64,000 nucleotides of DNA from Eledone cirrhosa (Eukaryota): positions 105,958,001 to 106,022,000 of the forward strand of contig OZ024743.1 in the NCBI GenBank assembly GCA_964016885.1. The letters run 5' to 3'. The first letter of the stretch is position 1, and each line of letters opens with the position of its first letter. Shown in pieces: positions 1-12,649 of this stretch. A program made the position numbers and the translations under genes. Below the pieces are notes generated by a model, which saw only the letters and a list, made by a program, of their open reading frames with translations, ran no database searches and had not been told where the DNA came from.

Positions 1-904
1 TGTTAAAGATGGAGCGGTAGTTGTGACCTATGGGAAAGAGTCTATCTATGTGTGTATATATATATATATATATATGTATATATAATTTCTTGACACTTCT
101 GAGAACCTATACATTTATTCTGATGAAAGTCCACTTGTCATGAAATGATGTTAAATTTATTTATCAATATATTTTGATAAGCAACCAACATATAATATGA
201 AAATTAACATGCATTTCAGGACAAATCTATGAATGATAGGGTATATAAGCACCACGATAACATATTCCACTGCGGCTGTTTCGATAATCTACAGGTCCCA
301 TGACGAATTCTCAATTACGCTTGGAAAACTGGAAATGTAAATATCTCTTCAGTTTTAATGAAAATATTTGGTTGGCATCTCTTTACGTCTATTTACTAAA
401 CTATATATACGGATCTGGGTGGGCGGGGGTCGAAAAGAGAGACAGGGGGTGCGTATTTCATACATATATTATTATTCTGATTGTACAATGTATTATTGGG
501 ATCTGAGACATTTAGGCATATTTCTTAGCTACAGAACCATAGCTCTCTCAACATATGTCACCTTATACTTGAAAATAGAAAAATAATTAGGAACAAAAAT
601 ACCACATCAACCCTGTCAGTGCCACAAAAGTTAGAAATGTTCCAATAAATTCAATTACCACCGTATCCGGAAAACAATCCGTTTGTTCAAATAGCAATAA
701 CTTGGAGTCAATATCCTAGATCCAGGTTTAATATGGTTTGTATTGAATGAGAAAATTAAAAGGATCAGTTATAATAAGGTTTCCCAGAAATTTCCTTTCA
801 CATCAGGCGAGATGTAACTTCATTTGACATGCTTTGAGAGTAAAGGACACATCAACTACTGCCAACACGTACTGAGCCATAAACTAAGCCCACCTTGGCT
901 GTTG

Positions 905-1885
905 ATGCACATATGTACACTATAATGATTGGAGACGTTGAGGTTCATCCGGTGAAAACTAGGATGTGGAAGATGTGGGTCAGCATATGCCGACAATGTC
1001 ATTGTAATAATGTCGAACACCAAACTGATTGAGTTGATCCGCACCACCCTCAGGGAGTACGAATCAGTAACAGGAGCAGGAATTTACCAGTCGTTGGTCT
1101 TGTATCTTGGCACATGAAAAGGCATTCCTTGCTTCCAACAGCGTCTGCCAATGCCTGGACGGACTGACAGCTTGAATTGCTAGGTGCCTGGTTTATACCT
1201 GGCCTCCAGAATGACAAAAACTGGGACAGGTGTAAACGTGCCGTGAGCGGGACCTTTCTGAGATACGCATAGGGAGACGAACCCGTCTTGCACGCACTTA
1301 TCGAGTATACGAGGATTGCTGAATTGTGGGTTTATGTATAACACTAGGAGTCCAGGGACGGACCGATATGACTATCAGCTGAGTCCATAGTGAAGACTGC
1401 CTCACCGTTTTCCCTCAACCTGGAAGGGCAGTCATGTTTTATCTGCCTGCTGGCCATGACGAAAAATGTTGTGTTGTGGACACGTCTGAAAGGGTTGACG
1501 ACAAGATGTTTCCTCTTTGTTGATGCCCCACTTTAAGAGGAAATTCAGGATGGGGAAGGAAGTCCTGCTTTTCAACAATTTTTTGAATGGTGGGTAAATA
1601 AGTTGAGTATGGCCCGAGTGAATGTATCTGTTCTGAGTATGCGCCTGTTCATTAGAGGAGAATAACTGACAGGAGGCATTCATCGTAGCCCTTATGCTGA
1701 CCATGGGCTTTTCCATGTGTAACACTCGAAAGTATCCCCTATTGGGGAATTTATTCTATTTTCATTATTACGTTTCCCTTGCTTTTTGATAAAAAATGTT
1801 TACATGCGGAAACTCACACTGTACCCTCCTGTGCTGTCCTTAATATTTTCTTAATATGAGCTCTGCGTAGTTAATAAAGAAATCG
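905..1885 (+). pseudogene. Degenerate 5'-truncated L1-Tx1 LINE (ORF2 RT/C-terminal remnant plus 3' UTR), same family as 6678-12580
   Basis: DNA resembles the reverse complement of the Tx1 at ~6680-8400. Examples: ctaggatgtggaagatgtgggtcagcatatgccgacaatgtc matches LGCGRSVSAYADDV, and tcagctgagtccatagtg matches SAESIV. It ends in taataaagaaa followed by (TTA)n and has many stops and indels. Confidence 0.85.
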
Positions 1886-1923
1886 TTCTCATAATGATTA
1901 TTATTATTATCATTATCATTATA

Positions 1924-2113
1924 GGGCGATGTATTGGCAGTATCGGTAGAGAGTCGGGCGCCATGCTTTGCAGCATATAGTTACGTCCCTTTTCGTTCTG
2001 AGTTCAAATCCCGCCGAGATTAACTTTGCCTTTCATCCTTATGGGGTCGATAAAATAAAGTACCAGTCATGCACTGGATTAATTGCTGGCCTTCTGCCAA
2101 AAGCAGAAACAAT
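1924..2113 (+). mobile_element. tRNA-derived SINE (~190 bp family)
   Basis: A-box-like tggcagtatcgg, B-box gagttcaaatcc, body actttgcctttcatccttatggggtcgataaaataaagtacc and tail agaaacaatt. Many near-identical copies occur in this window. Confidence 0.9.
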
Positions 2114-3189
2114 TTTTATTATCATTATTGTTGTTGTTGTTGTTGTTATCTACCAAATATTAAAATGAAAGCCAACTCTCAAAATAATTACTATCATCAG
2201 AAGCTAATTTCAAGTATACTGTTTGAATACCTAATTAAAACGTAGCTTCAGGCCTCTCAGGAAGTTGTATGTATTATGAGATTTTTCTTGTATTCACAAC
2301 AAATAGGTTTTCATAAATATCTTAAAATAGAAAAAATAAATTAAACAAGAAAAGTTTGTAGATTTAAGCGATTTCTATATCGCTTTCCCTATTTATACAA
2401 CACATTCCTTAAAATATCGACCACAGATCAGATATCAGATATTTACGACTCAGCTGAACTTATTAATCCTACTACGGAAATCTTTTCATTTTCATTTTGT
2501 TGAAGTAGTTGGAAAACATCAATTCAATCTCATTCAAGATGACTATATGATCTTAATGTCTTTTGATTTCTGGTTGTTTCCCAAAATGAACATGTTAGTG
2601 AAAGGCTCCTTTGAAAGCTGAGCGCACATCATGTTGAGGCAGTTCAGACGTGCTTTGAAAACTTGTATGATCGCTGTGCTACGAGTGTGGAAGTAAAATT
2701 GTCCATTTGTCATGGCAACTTGGTCGTTGTTGCTCTTTAGCAACGGAGTTAGCCTTGTTACTGTTTAGTTTCAGGTGTCCTGATCAAACCAACTTATAAT
2801 CAGAAATGTTCCAACTGTGATAATTATGCATTTAGTTAGTTTTAATCATACTTGAATGCGGACTGCATCAGCAAAAAATATCTTTCCTGGTTTGAGACAG
2901 CAGGGCGTACAGTTTAGAAGGTTGGGTTGCTGTTAATAATATATAGAATGATTGAGCATAAAAATCGTAGATGTTTCATAGAAACTACAATTTGAATGTC
3001 ATCTGGAGAAAATCTGATTTGTTATTTCAAAATATAATAATACTAACCATATTACTGAATATATATATATTCGATTCTAATAAAATTAATTTAATTGCTT
3101 TTGTAATATTATTTTCAATGTCTATGTAAAATATATGCATATAAAAAAAATAAGAGGAGCATCAAATCGACATGCATAGAAACACCGGA

Positions 3190-6100
3190 GAGGAAAATGA
3201 GAAAAATGTATATGTATAGACATAATGAAAATCAACAAAGCAACGACCAGATACGTGACCTGGGAACAGGATCCTGAAAACTAGTTGAAACCGTACGTCA
3301 TGGTGTCGGAGGAAGAAGAAGAAGGAAGGGACCAGAACCAACTGGACGAAATAATTGAATAGAACTGTTATGCAATGTTACCTGAAGAGTAACCCCAATG
3401 AGAAAGGCTATAGGAAACGGATGCATAACATCTGGAACGAGATTGGTCTATTTAAATTAGATGAACAAAAACTGGCCGGGCAGGCTCGGGTAATAAGAAC
3501 TAATGGGTGGATAAGAGAGCTGGAACTGGAGGAACTGAGCAGAGAGATTAGCTTGGAGATGGAGAGTGGAGTATGCCAGGCAAATGAGCCAGTGGGAAAT
3601 GAAGGTGAAGAGGTCGAGAGAACGGAGGAACCACCCGAAGCAGACAATGATCTGAATGCTGAGATAAATAATACCTGGAACAGAGATACGGCCACTGAGG
3701 AGATGAATGCTGACGGGCTAGGACAAGATTTGGTTGATATCCTAAACTTAGTGGTAGATGAATTGAACAATGATAGTGGGAGACCTATGAACCTAAGATT
3801 TGTAGACAGGAAAAAGTTAAAAGAAACAATAGCTAAGGTAAACAAAGTCATCCCATACCTTGAGGCGAGGAGCCTTCACCAGTGCAAAAATATCCTAAAA
3901 GCAACAGCAAACACGGTGAGGAAACTACTTGGTATAAAAGCGAGAGGAAACAACAGACAAGAAAGAGCAGAGCCTTGGTAGAAGAAACGACTGAGTGGTC
4001 AAATCAGGGAAATGAGAAATGACATTGGAAAGCTTGAGTACCTACTGAATGGGACATAAAAAAAACATAGACATTAAAAATAGACTGGAAATAAAGTACA
4101 AAACTAGGAGGAAAAAGCTAAATATTATCATAGAGGAACTGAAGCAACGCATTGTAGCAAAGATTGCAAAAATTAGGCGATACGAGAACAGAGTCAGTCA
4201 GTATAGACAGAACCGCATGTTCGACAACAACCAGAGGATGCTGTTTGGACAGCTTGAAGGGATAGAAAGAGGCAACGACTTGATCCCTGAGGCGGAACAA
4301 ACTAAAACATTCTGGAGAGGAATATGGGAGCAGGCTGTTAAACATAATGACCAGGCAGTGTGGATTGAAACAGTACAGAAGGAGATCAGTGAACAGGCAC
4401 ACCAACAAACTGATTTGAGTATCACAGTTGAAACTCTTAAGGGGCAGTCCAAAAAACTAACCAACTGGAAATCACCAGGCCCAGATGGTGTGCAGGGGTA
4501 TTGGATTAAAAATATAACATCCCTCCACCCGAAACTGACAACCATGTTCAATGACTGCTTGATGTCAGGTGAGGTACCAGAGTTGTTGACAAAAGGTACC
4601 ACAGTTCTTATAATGAAAGACTGAATCAAGGGTAATGATGTTACCAACTATAGACCTATCACATGTCTGTCCGTAATGTGGAAACTGTTGACAAGCATTA
4701 TGTCTGAGGAAATCTACCATCACCTCCACACAAACAACTTGTTACCGGACGAACAGAAATGATGCCGAAAGAAGTCACGTGGTACAAAGGACCAGTTACT
4801 TATTGATAAGATGGTAATGAGGAATTGCAAGATGAGACACACTGGTCTTGCCATGGGCTGGATAGACTACAAAAAGGCATTTGACATGTGCCTCATTCTT
4901 GGATCACCAAAAGCCTGGAGATCTTCAAGGTGGCAGATAACATCAGACAATTGTTGGGCAAAAGTATGAAGTCCTGGGAAACAGAGTTAACATCAACTGG
5001 AGAATCCTTGGGAAGCGTGAAGATCAAGAGAGGTATCTTCCAGGGAGATAGTCTGTCCCCTCTGTTGTGTGTCCTTGCCCTGATGCCCCTGACCAGTGTA
5101 CTGTGAAAAGTGAGAGCAGGATGCAGGTTGGGAAAGGGAGGGCTTACCATCAATCACCTCCTCTTCATGGAAGATCTTAAGCTCTTCGGGAAGAGTGAGA
5201 AGGAGTTGGATGTGCTTGTTGAACCTGTCCGTATTTTCAGCAATGATATGTGTATGCAATTTGGTATTAGTAAGTGTGGAGCCATTGTGATGAGGAGGGG
5301 TAAGTTGAGCAGAAGTAACGGAATCCAGATACCAACAGGTGAGATGATAAAGGAAACTGACTCTGAGGAAGGATACAAGTATTTGGGCGTTCTGGAGGCT
5401 GATGACATCAAGAACAAAAAAATGAAGGAATTGATAAGAACTGAATACCTTCGGAGAGTAAGGAGCGTGTTGAAGTCACATCTGAACAGTAGGAATGCCA
5501 TAAGTGCAGTAAATTCCCGAGCTGTGTCTATTATTAGGTACAGTGCGGGAATTCTGAGATGGAATGTTGCTGAACAAAAAGAAATGGATAGGAAGACTAG
5601 GAAGATATTGACTATCTACAACATGTTACACAAGAAGAGTGATGTCGATAGACTCTACTTAAGGAGATCTGAAGGTGGAAGGGGTCTTATCAGCATAGAG
5701 GACTGTGTTCAGATGGAGAAAAACAACCTACACAAATACGTGACTGATAGTAAGGAGCCAATGCTCAGAACTGTACTGAAGGAGGGGACAATAGGCCAGG
5801 GGATGTCCAAGGAGGAAATAACATCAAGGAGAAAGAGCAGTACCTTCTTTGACAAAACTGAATTTAGAGATCCACAGACATGGAACTGGTTGAAAAGAGG
5901 AAACCTTAAAAATGATACAGAAATAATGTTAATGGCTGCGCAGGAGCAGGCCCTCAAAACGAAGTGGTTTAAACACCATATTTACAAGGAGGAGGCTAGC
6001 CCACTGTGCAGGATCTGTGGAGAGAGAGAGGAGACTGTGGCTCACATTGTATCCGAGTGTAAACACCTAGCCCAGAGTCACTATAAGGGCTGGAGACATG

Positions 6101-6660
6101 ATGTGATGGGCAGGGTGATCCACTGGCACCTATGCAATGTAAACAATTTACCACATTCTGAGAAGTGGTATGAGCATAAGCCAGAGGCGGTTATAGAAAA
6201 CGATCAGGTGAAGGTGCTGTGGGATTTTAGGATACAGCCGGACAAGAAACTGGAACACAATAGACCTGACGTGGTGGTTTTGGACAAAGAAAAAAGATCG
6301 TGCCTGATTGTGGATGTGGCCTGCCCATTCGACACGAGAGTGCATGAGAAGGAGAGGGAGAAAATTAACCGATACCAGGACTTAAAGTGGGAGGTAAAAT
6401 GGATTTGGAACTGCCATGAAGTCAAAGTGATCCCGATTGTCATAGGCGCACCAGGGACTATCTCAAAACGTTTCCAGGGATGGTTAAAGAAAATTGGCCC
6501 CTTCACGCTTTTTGGAACGCTTCAAAAGGCATGCTTGCTGGGAACAGCAAGAACCCTCCGATACGTCCTGAATATCTGAGGCTGCAGGTAGTGGCTTGAT
6601 ATTCATTTTAACCAACTTTTCAGTTAACTAATATCAATGACTGAGACTCAAAGAGTAATG
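3190..6660 (+). mobile_element. Decayed R4/Dong-like non-LTR retrotransposon (RT plus C-terminal restriction-like endonuclease)
   Basis: Collinear ORF pieces 3355-3981, 4049-4624, 4888-5106 and 5110-6579 carry WKSPGPDG, NYRPITC, IFQGDSLSP, HLLFMEDLKLF (YxDD degraded), the CCHC motif CRICGEREETVAHIVSEC, RHD and RPD..IVDVAC..KINRY. There are in-frame stops and frameshifts. The 3' end runs into (TAA)n and the 5' boundary is approximate. Confidence 0.9.
5110..6579 (+). pseudogene. Longest open segment of the decayed R4/Dong-like ORF (RT C-half, CCHC finger, RLE)
   Basis: 489-aa ORF collinear with the C-terminal part of the intact 12833-16483 protein. The catalytic motif reads FMED. Confidence 0.85.
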
Positions 6661-6921
6661 ACAACAATAATAATAATGTTTTCTTTATAAACCACATGGG
6701 TTCACATAAAGTAGACATTAAGGACAGTACAGGACAATACAGGACGGTACAAATGGGCATTTTTGCGTGTAAAAAAAACGGAGGTTGAAATAAAATAACA
6801 AAGAAAAATTCCCCAATAGGGGGGAGACTTCCAAGGGACATTTGTGGAGAAAGCCCATTAAAAGACCACAGTGGCCCTGACCACAAGGGCAAGTGCCCTC
6901 TCCCAGTTTTCCACCTTTAAT

Positions 6922-9900
6922 TTACAGACACATACTCAGAGAAGGCCCATTCATTCGGGCCATACTTGCTTCTCTCACCCATCTTTCAACAAAATGCTGG
7001 GAAGAGAGCACTTCCCTCTCTACCCTGATTTTCCTTTTCAAATGATATTTGAAAAAGTTAATCAGGGCATCACCGAAGAGGTAAGTGCTCGTCTTCAGCC
7101 CTTTCAAACGTGTCCACCATACTATCTGTTTCGCCATGGCCACCAGACAGATAAAAACTGCCTGCCCTTCCAGGCTAAAGGAAGGGGGCGGGGCAATCCT
7201 CACGATGGACTCAGCTGATAGCTGGATCCGTCCTACACGTGACAGCAGGTGTTCGACATAAACCCACAAGTCAGCAATGCTCGGACACTGGACGAGTGCG
7301 TGCAGGACGGTTTCGTCGCCCTGCGCGCATCTCGGACATGCCCGGCTGACGGCACCTCCATGCCTGTAGAGTTTATCCCGAACTGGCAAAGCTCCTCGGT
7401 AGCACTGCCAGGCCAGGGATTTCTGGAAGTTGTCCATAGGCCCCGGCCCGAAAGTCCTTCCGAAGAGATTGGCTAGTTGATTTTCGTCGACGCCTAGAGT
7501 TTCTCCAAGTACGTTGTCGCTCTTCCCCTCCACTAATCCCCTATAGAACGCCAAGGTGGAGTTTCCACCGATCACATTGCCCGATTGGTCGAGGGCTGTG
7601 AGCGCCTGAAGACATTCCAGTCTCCAAGCGCTCCCGCTCGGTCTTCGCTTGACCCAGGACTGCAGCTCCGTCAAGGAGACGAGCTGGGGAAAAACGCGTC
7701 TAGCAAACGGCGACCACACCTGATCACCGTCGAGGAAGAGGTGGAGATGTCGTAGCCTGAGCGCGTGTCTGCGCATCATCAGCCACGGCATGCCCAGCCC
7801 TCCACGTAGCGGGTGTTCACAGCAGATTGACCGCCTGACCATCGGAGCGCGTCCCTTCCACAAGAAGCGAAAGAGCAAGCGCTCCAGCGCAGTCAGGCGG
7901 GGCTTAGGACAAGGTACCACGGTCAGGCGGTAGTAGATGACGGATGCGATGTACGCATTCGCCACCTCCGCTCGACCTTTCAGGGATAGCTTCCTCTCCG
8001 CCCATTTCTGGGTGAGAGAAGCCACCCTGCTCGTCACCTCGTCCCAATTTTTGTCTGTCTGGAGGTCTGGACCGAACCAGACCCCTAGCAATTTAACCGG
8101 TCCGTCCGTCCAGCGCCCGACGACGCTGTTGGACGGCATGGACCTGCCTCTCCAGGTGCCGAGCTGCAGGCCCACTGACTTTTCCTGGTTGATCATTGCT
8201 CCTGTCACCGCTTCGTATTCTCTTAGTGTAGTGCCGATCGCCTCGATGTGTTTGGCGTTCGACACCACTACGGTGACATCGTCGGCATATGCTGACACGG
8301 ATCTTCCGCATCCTAGTTCGCGCGGGACCCCCCTCAACGTCTCCAGTTTGTGCAGTAATGGCTCGAGAGTCAATACGTACAATAGGGACGAGAGGGGACA
8401 TCCTTGGCGGACCGAGCGCATGATGTTGAACGGTTCCGAAAGGTGACCGTTCACTCTCACTACAGAGCAGATGTCGCTGTGCATGGCAGCGATCCAGCCT
8501 CTGAAGACGGGCCCAAAGCCAGCCGCCCTCAGGACTGCCGCTAGGTAACGATGGTCGACCCTATCGAAGGCTTTCGATTGATCTAAATTGATCAAAGACC
8601 CACCCTTGCCAGGTTCCCTAGCTACCCTCTCTACGATGTATCGCATGAGGTGGAGGTTGTCGTGGATGGATCTGTCGGGAATGGCGCATGTCTGTGCCTC
8701 TCCCACCAGACCACCAACGACAAGCGCCAACCTCTTTGCTAGCACCTTGGCCAAAATCTTGAACTCTGTGTTTAGCAGAGTTATGGGCCTAAAATTATCT
8801 ATGTTATCCCCCTTTTTCGGATCCTTTCTCAGCAGCGCCACCGCTCCTCGGCTCACAGAGCTGAGAATTCTCCCGTTCTGTTGCCAGTTGCAGTAGACGT
8901 CCGCCAAGAGGCCTCCGAAGAAGTTTGGCATTTGTACGTAAAGTTCATAGGGCAGACCATCGAAACCAGGCGATTTACTATTGTGCAACTAGTCATTGCA
9001 TCCCGTACTTCAGCGGTTGTTATCGGCTTTTCGCAACACTCCGCCTCAGTGGCCGAAAGCCGCGGCAGTCCGTCGAGGTAGACACTAAAGTCCATCCCTC
9101 GATCCGGCTCGCCACTGCCCCCGAACAGTTGAGCGAAGTGTCGCTGAAAAGCTTCACACATTTGCCCGGGATCGAGTAGCATGCGCCCGTCGTGGTCCAC
9201 CAAAGACCGGATCGTGGATTTGTTTCCACGACGCGCCTCCGCCACTCGGCCCCATTGAACGGCTTTCGTCCCCTCGTGTCTGAGAGCACGCACCCTAGCT
9301 CTGACAACGCAGCCTTCGTGCTTTGCATTGAAGAATTGGTCAAGGGCCAATTTCGCCGCAAGTACGTCGGTCGCGATGCCTTTGCTAAGCGCCTCATCTA
9401 ATTTTCTAACTAGTTCTCCCTCTGCTCTATTTTTCTCTATTGCTAAAGTCTTACTAAACCTAATGGACTCTATTCTAATTGCTCTTTTCAGAGCAAACCA
9501 CCACTTGTTGTTGACGATGGCCCCCGTCAGCGCCCGCTTAACTAGTTCGCTAATCCGGTCTCTGTAGGCCTTGCGCGATGGTAAGGACGCGTTTAGCTTC
9601 CAGTAGCCGGGTCCTCGCCTATGAAGCCTATCTAAGTCAAGCACACAGATCACGAATTTGTGGTCCGTGTAGCTGACTATCTTGAATTGTGGACAGCCTA
9701 TGCTAGACTTATCTATTTCCCTACAAAATACTCTATCTAGATATGATCTGGATGACCCTATGCGATTTGTCCAAGTCCACATTGGTACATTCGGGAAATC
9801 CATTCGGTACCTGTCAGACAGTTCAAAACGTCTGAGCAGGTTGGTGAGACTCTTGCACCCTCCTTCCCTATCCACTAATCCCCCACAATCCCAGCGTGCA

Positions 9901-10340
9901 TCTAAGATCCCGTTCCAGTCGCCCACTAACACTAAAGAGCGGGACGTTCCAAGAAAAGTCTCCAGACGCCGGAAGAAATCAGGCCGCCCTGCTCCTGTCG
10001 GGGCATAGACGGCCACTAACCTGAAAGCTTGCCCGTCTCCGCTGGTCACGTCCAGCACCACCAACTTACCTTCTGGGTCCAGGAAGATGGCCCGTATGGC
10101 AAGATCCAAACCTCTCCGAAAAAGCACAGCAACTCCTCCCCCCGATCCCGGACGGCTGGGAGATGCGTACACATCGTAGCCGCCGAAGATCGGTGCGAAA
10201 GCCTGTGCTTCGGAGATTCTGGTCTCGCTGATGGCCACTACATCTATGTTTAGTGACCTGAGGTCGTTGAGCAGGTGGCCCTGCTTCCATGACGACCCCA
10301 AGCCACGCGCATTTATGCTGCCTATTCTGAGTGAGGTCAT
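6922..10340 (-). CDS. Tx1 ORF2: apurinic-like endonuclease, reverse transcriptase and CCHC finger, split by a frameshift near 8985
   Basis: ORF 8853-10340 has SINARGL, ISET, VYAP, GDWN, YLDR and TDH (APE). ORF 6922-8988 has KSPGFDG, NFRPITLLN, DQSKAFDRV, RQGCPLS, YADD and CPRCAQGDETVLHALVQC. Confidence 0.9.
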
Positions 10341-10374
10341 GTTGAAAAGGAGTGGAAAAGATGGGAAAGACCAC

Positions 10375-12374
10375 TTACCTTACTTCTCGTAGGGGAAGGA
10401 CGGTTTTTCCATCCTTTTCACTGCTTGTGGCCTCCTCAGGAAGGATGTCCTTATAAATCCTCCTGGAGAGTGCTTGTCGGAAGTCTCCGATGTCTTTGGG
10501 GAATTTTTGTTTTAGTGTCATGTACGTTTTCTGTGTGATGCGAGTGATTTGTATGTGTGGAGGTGGTGTGAATTTTGGGGTTGTTGTGTAGTCTTTTTCT
10601 GTGATGCTGGTGTTGTGTTGGATGTAGTGTAATAATTGCTTGTTGTTCAAATTTAATGCTGTGTAGTGTGTATCGTTTTGGTTGTTTTGTTTTGTTTGCG
10701 TTTGTTGTGGGTTTGTTTCTGTTTCGCATTTTGGTGACTTTTGTGGTGTAGGTGATGGTGGTATTGGAGTTAATGATGGTGATGGTGTTGGTGTTTGGGT
10801 TGATGGGGTTGGTGATGCTGGTGTGGATGGTGGCATATCTGTCCTAACTTTTTTGTTTCTTAGTTTATTTGTTTCCCTCTGTATTTTGTTTTTGGAGGGG
10901 GAAGGAAGAGAATTTTTTCTTTTTTGGTTTCTTTTTTTTTTTCCGGATATCGTTTCCCACTCCTCGTCGTCACAATCTGTCTCCAGTTGTGATAGGCCGG
11001 GGAGTGGAAAATCCTCCACAGCCGTTAGTTTTGGTTGTGGTGTGGTGGATGGTGTAGGCGCTGGTGCTAGTTCTGAAGCGTTGGGTGGTGGTGGTGTTGG
11101 TTTTGCTGGTGGTGGTAGTGGTGTTGGTTTTGCTACTGTTGCTGGGGTTGTTGCTGTTATAGTTGCTTCTGTTGTTGCTGCTACAGTTGTTGCTGCCATC
11201 TCTGCTACTGGTGGTGTTGATGGTTGTGTCACTGGGGTGGGTTGGAGAGGTGGCATCAACCTTTTAGCCTGAGGGCAGAAAGCCCTTAGGTGGGTTCCTT
11301 CACCACAAACGACACACCTAGGTCTTCTGCCCTCGACAATTACCGTGAGGTGGCTGCCGTCAGTGAGGTCTATTACCTCTGGGATCTCCTCAATGCTTTT
11401 TTGGTCCGCTTGGATTAGGAGCTCCATCCCAGATCCGGACCAGTTTTCCTGCTTTTCTTTTGCTATTGCTATTGTTTTCGTGTTGGCTTCGATGCCGGCG
11501 AGGACAGCCGCTATTAGCCAGGGAATTTCGATGGTCGGTGGAACGTGGATCACCCTGATCTTTACGAGTCTCTGGCCACAATAGCTTGGGACGAGTGTGA
11601 AGTCGTCACTTTTTAATTGGGCCATGGAGTGTTCTCTAGCCTCCTCTGGTGTTTCAAAGAACACATCCACGGTTCCATACTTTTGCCCACGTCTGATGTG
11701 GGTTTTTCTTGCCCACACATGTCCCAAAGCTTTTTGGATTTGGGACTCGGATGCCCGTTCCACTCGGCGCGATTTTACATTTATTGTTCTATACGACACG
11801 GTGCATAGGCGCCGATGCTCCATTTTATTAGGTGTGGGGGGGGGGTGAGGCTGACCCTGTACCCATCTTTCTTTACCATTTGTTTGGCATTTTCTAAATC
11901 CTCTTGAGTTACCGTGAATGCTTCGAACTGTTTTGCTACTATGGCGAAACTGAGGGTCGGTTTTATAATGTCATTGTTGTTGTTGTTGCTATCGTTATTT
12001 GTGTTAATATTAATTTTAGTTTCAGTTGTGGTGGTGGTGACGTTAGTCGTCTTTGGTGCGGAAGAGTCCATTTTGCTTGATTTCATTTCGACATCACGAG
12101 TTAATTTATTTTTTTCTTCTTTTGTTTCTGTTGTCGCGGTGGTGGTGGGGGTGGTGGTTGTCGCGGTGGTGGTGGTGGTGGAGGCTTTAACACCTGCAGT
12201 CATTGGTAATGGCGGGAAATGAATGTCTGCCTGAGACAAATTTAAAATATTGCTACTGCTTATATTTTTTTTTGTCTTGGCAAACGTAGTAACATTTACA
12301 ATGGTGGTGTCGGTGTGAGGTGTTATTTTGTGAGGAAGGCTTTCAGCTGCTTCGTGCAGAGGGGAATTAGCCAT
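10375..12374 (-). CDS. Tx1 ORF1 (gag-like nucleic-acid-binding protein with CCHC knuckle), split by a frameshift at the G10 run 11836-11845
   Basis: ORFs 11781-12374 and 10375-11823 overlap at a homopolymer. CVVCGEGTHLRAFC is CX2CX4HX4C. It has Thr/Pro-rich linkers and a basic tract, and sits directly upstream of ORF2. Confidence 0.8.
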
Positions 12375-12580
12375 TTTTTTTCAAAGAAATTTTTGGATAA
12401 TAATAACAGTTAAAATTTGGGCACAAGGCCCCAATCTTTTTGGGTGTCCTTTTCGGAAAACAATGTATGTGTGCTTATAAACAGTTAACAATAAAATTTT
12501 CCATAAATGGCAATTTTTAACAAACGGAAATAACAAACCTTTGCGGAGCTCACGATGATACGATTTACTACGTAGGTCGC

Positions 12581-12581
12581 C

Positions 12582-12634
<53 letters not shown>

Positions 12635-12646
12635 TAATAATAACAA
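12581..12646. repeat. (TAA)n microsatellite separating the Tx1 and the intact R4/Dong-like element
   Basis: Read directly: caataataataat...aacaataataataacaat. Confidence 0.95.
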
Positions 12647-12649
12647 TTT

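Larger units (their letters stand above)
6678..12580 (-). mobile_element. Full-length L1-clade Tx1-type LINE (two ORFs, each with one frameshift)
   Basis: ORF1 has a zinc knuckle and ORF2 has APE, RT and CCHC domains. The element is flanked by caataataataat at 6665-6677 and 12581-12593 (apparent target-site duplication inside the TAA tract). Confidence 0.92.

Noticed and set aside
110-165. CTGATGA...GAAA at 120-145
   Set aside because: Stem II does not close next to GAAA and stem I is only about 3 bp. It may be a very old hammerhead but cannot be supported.
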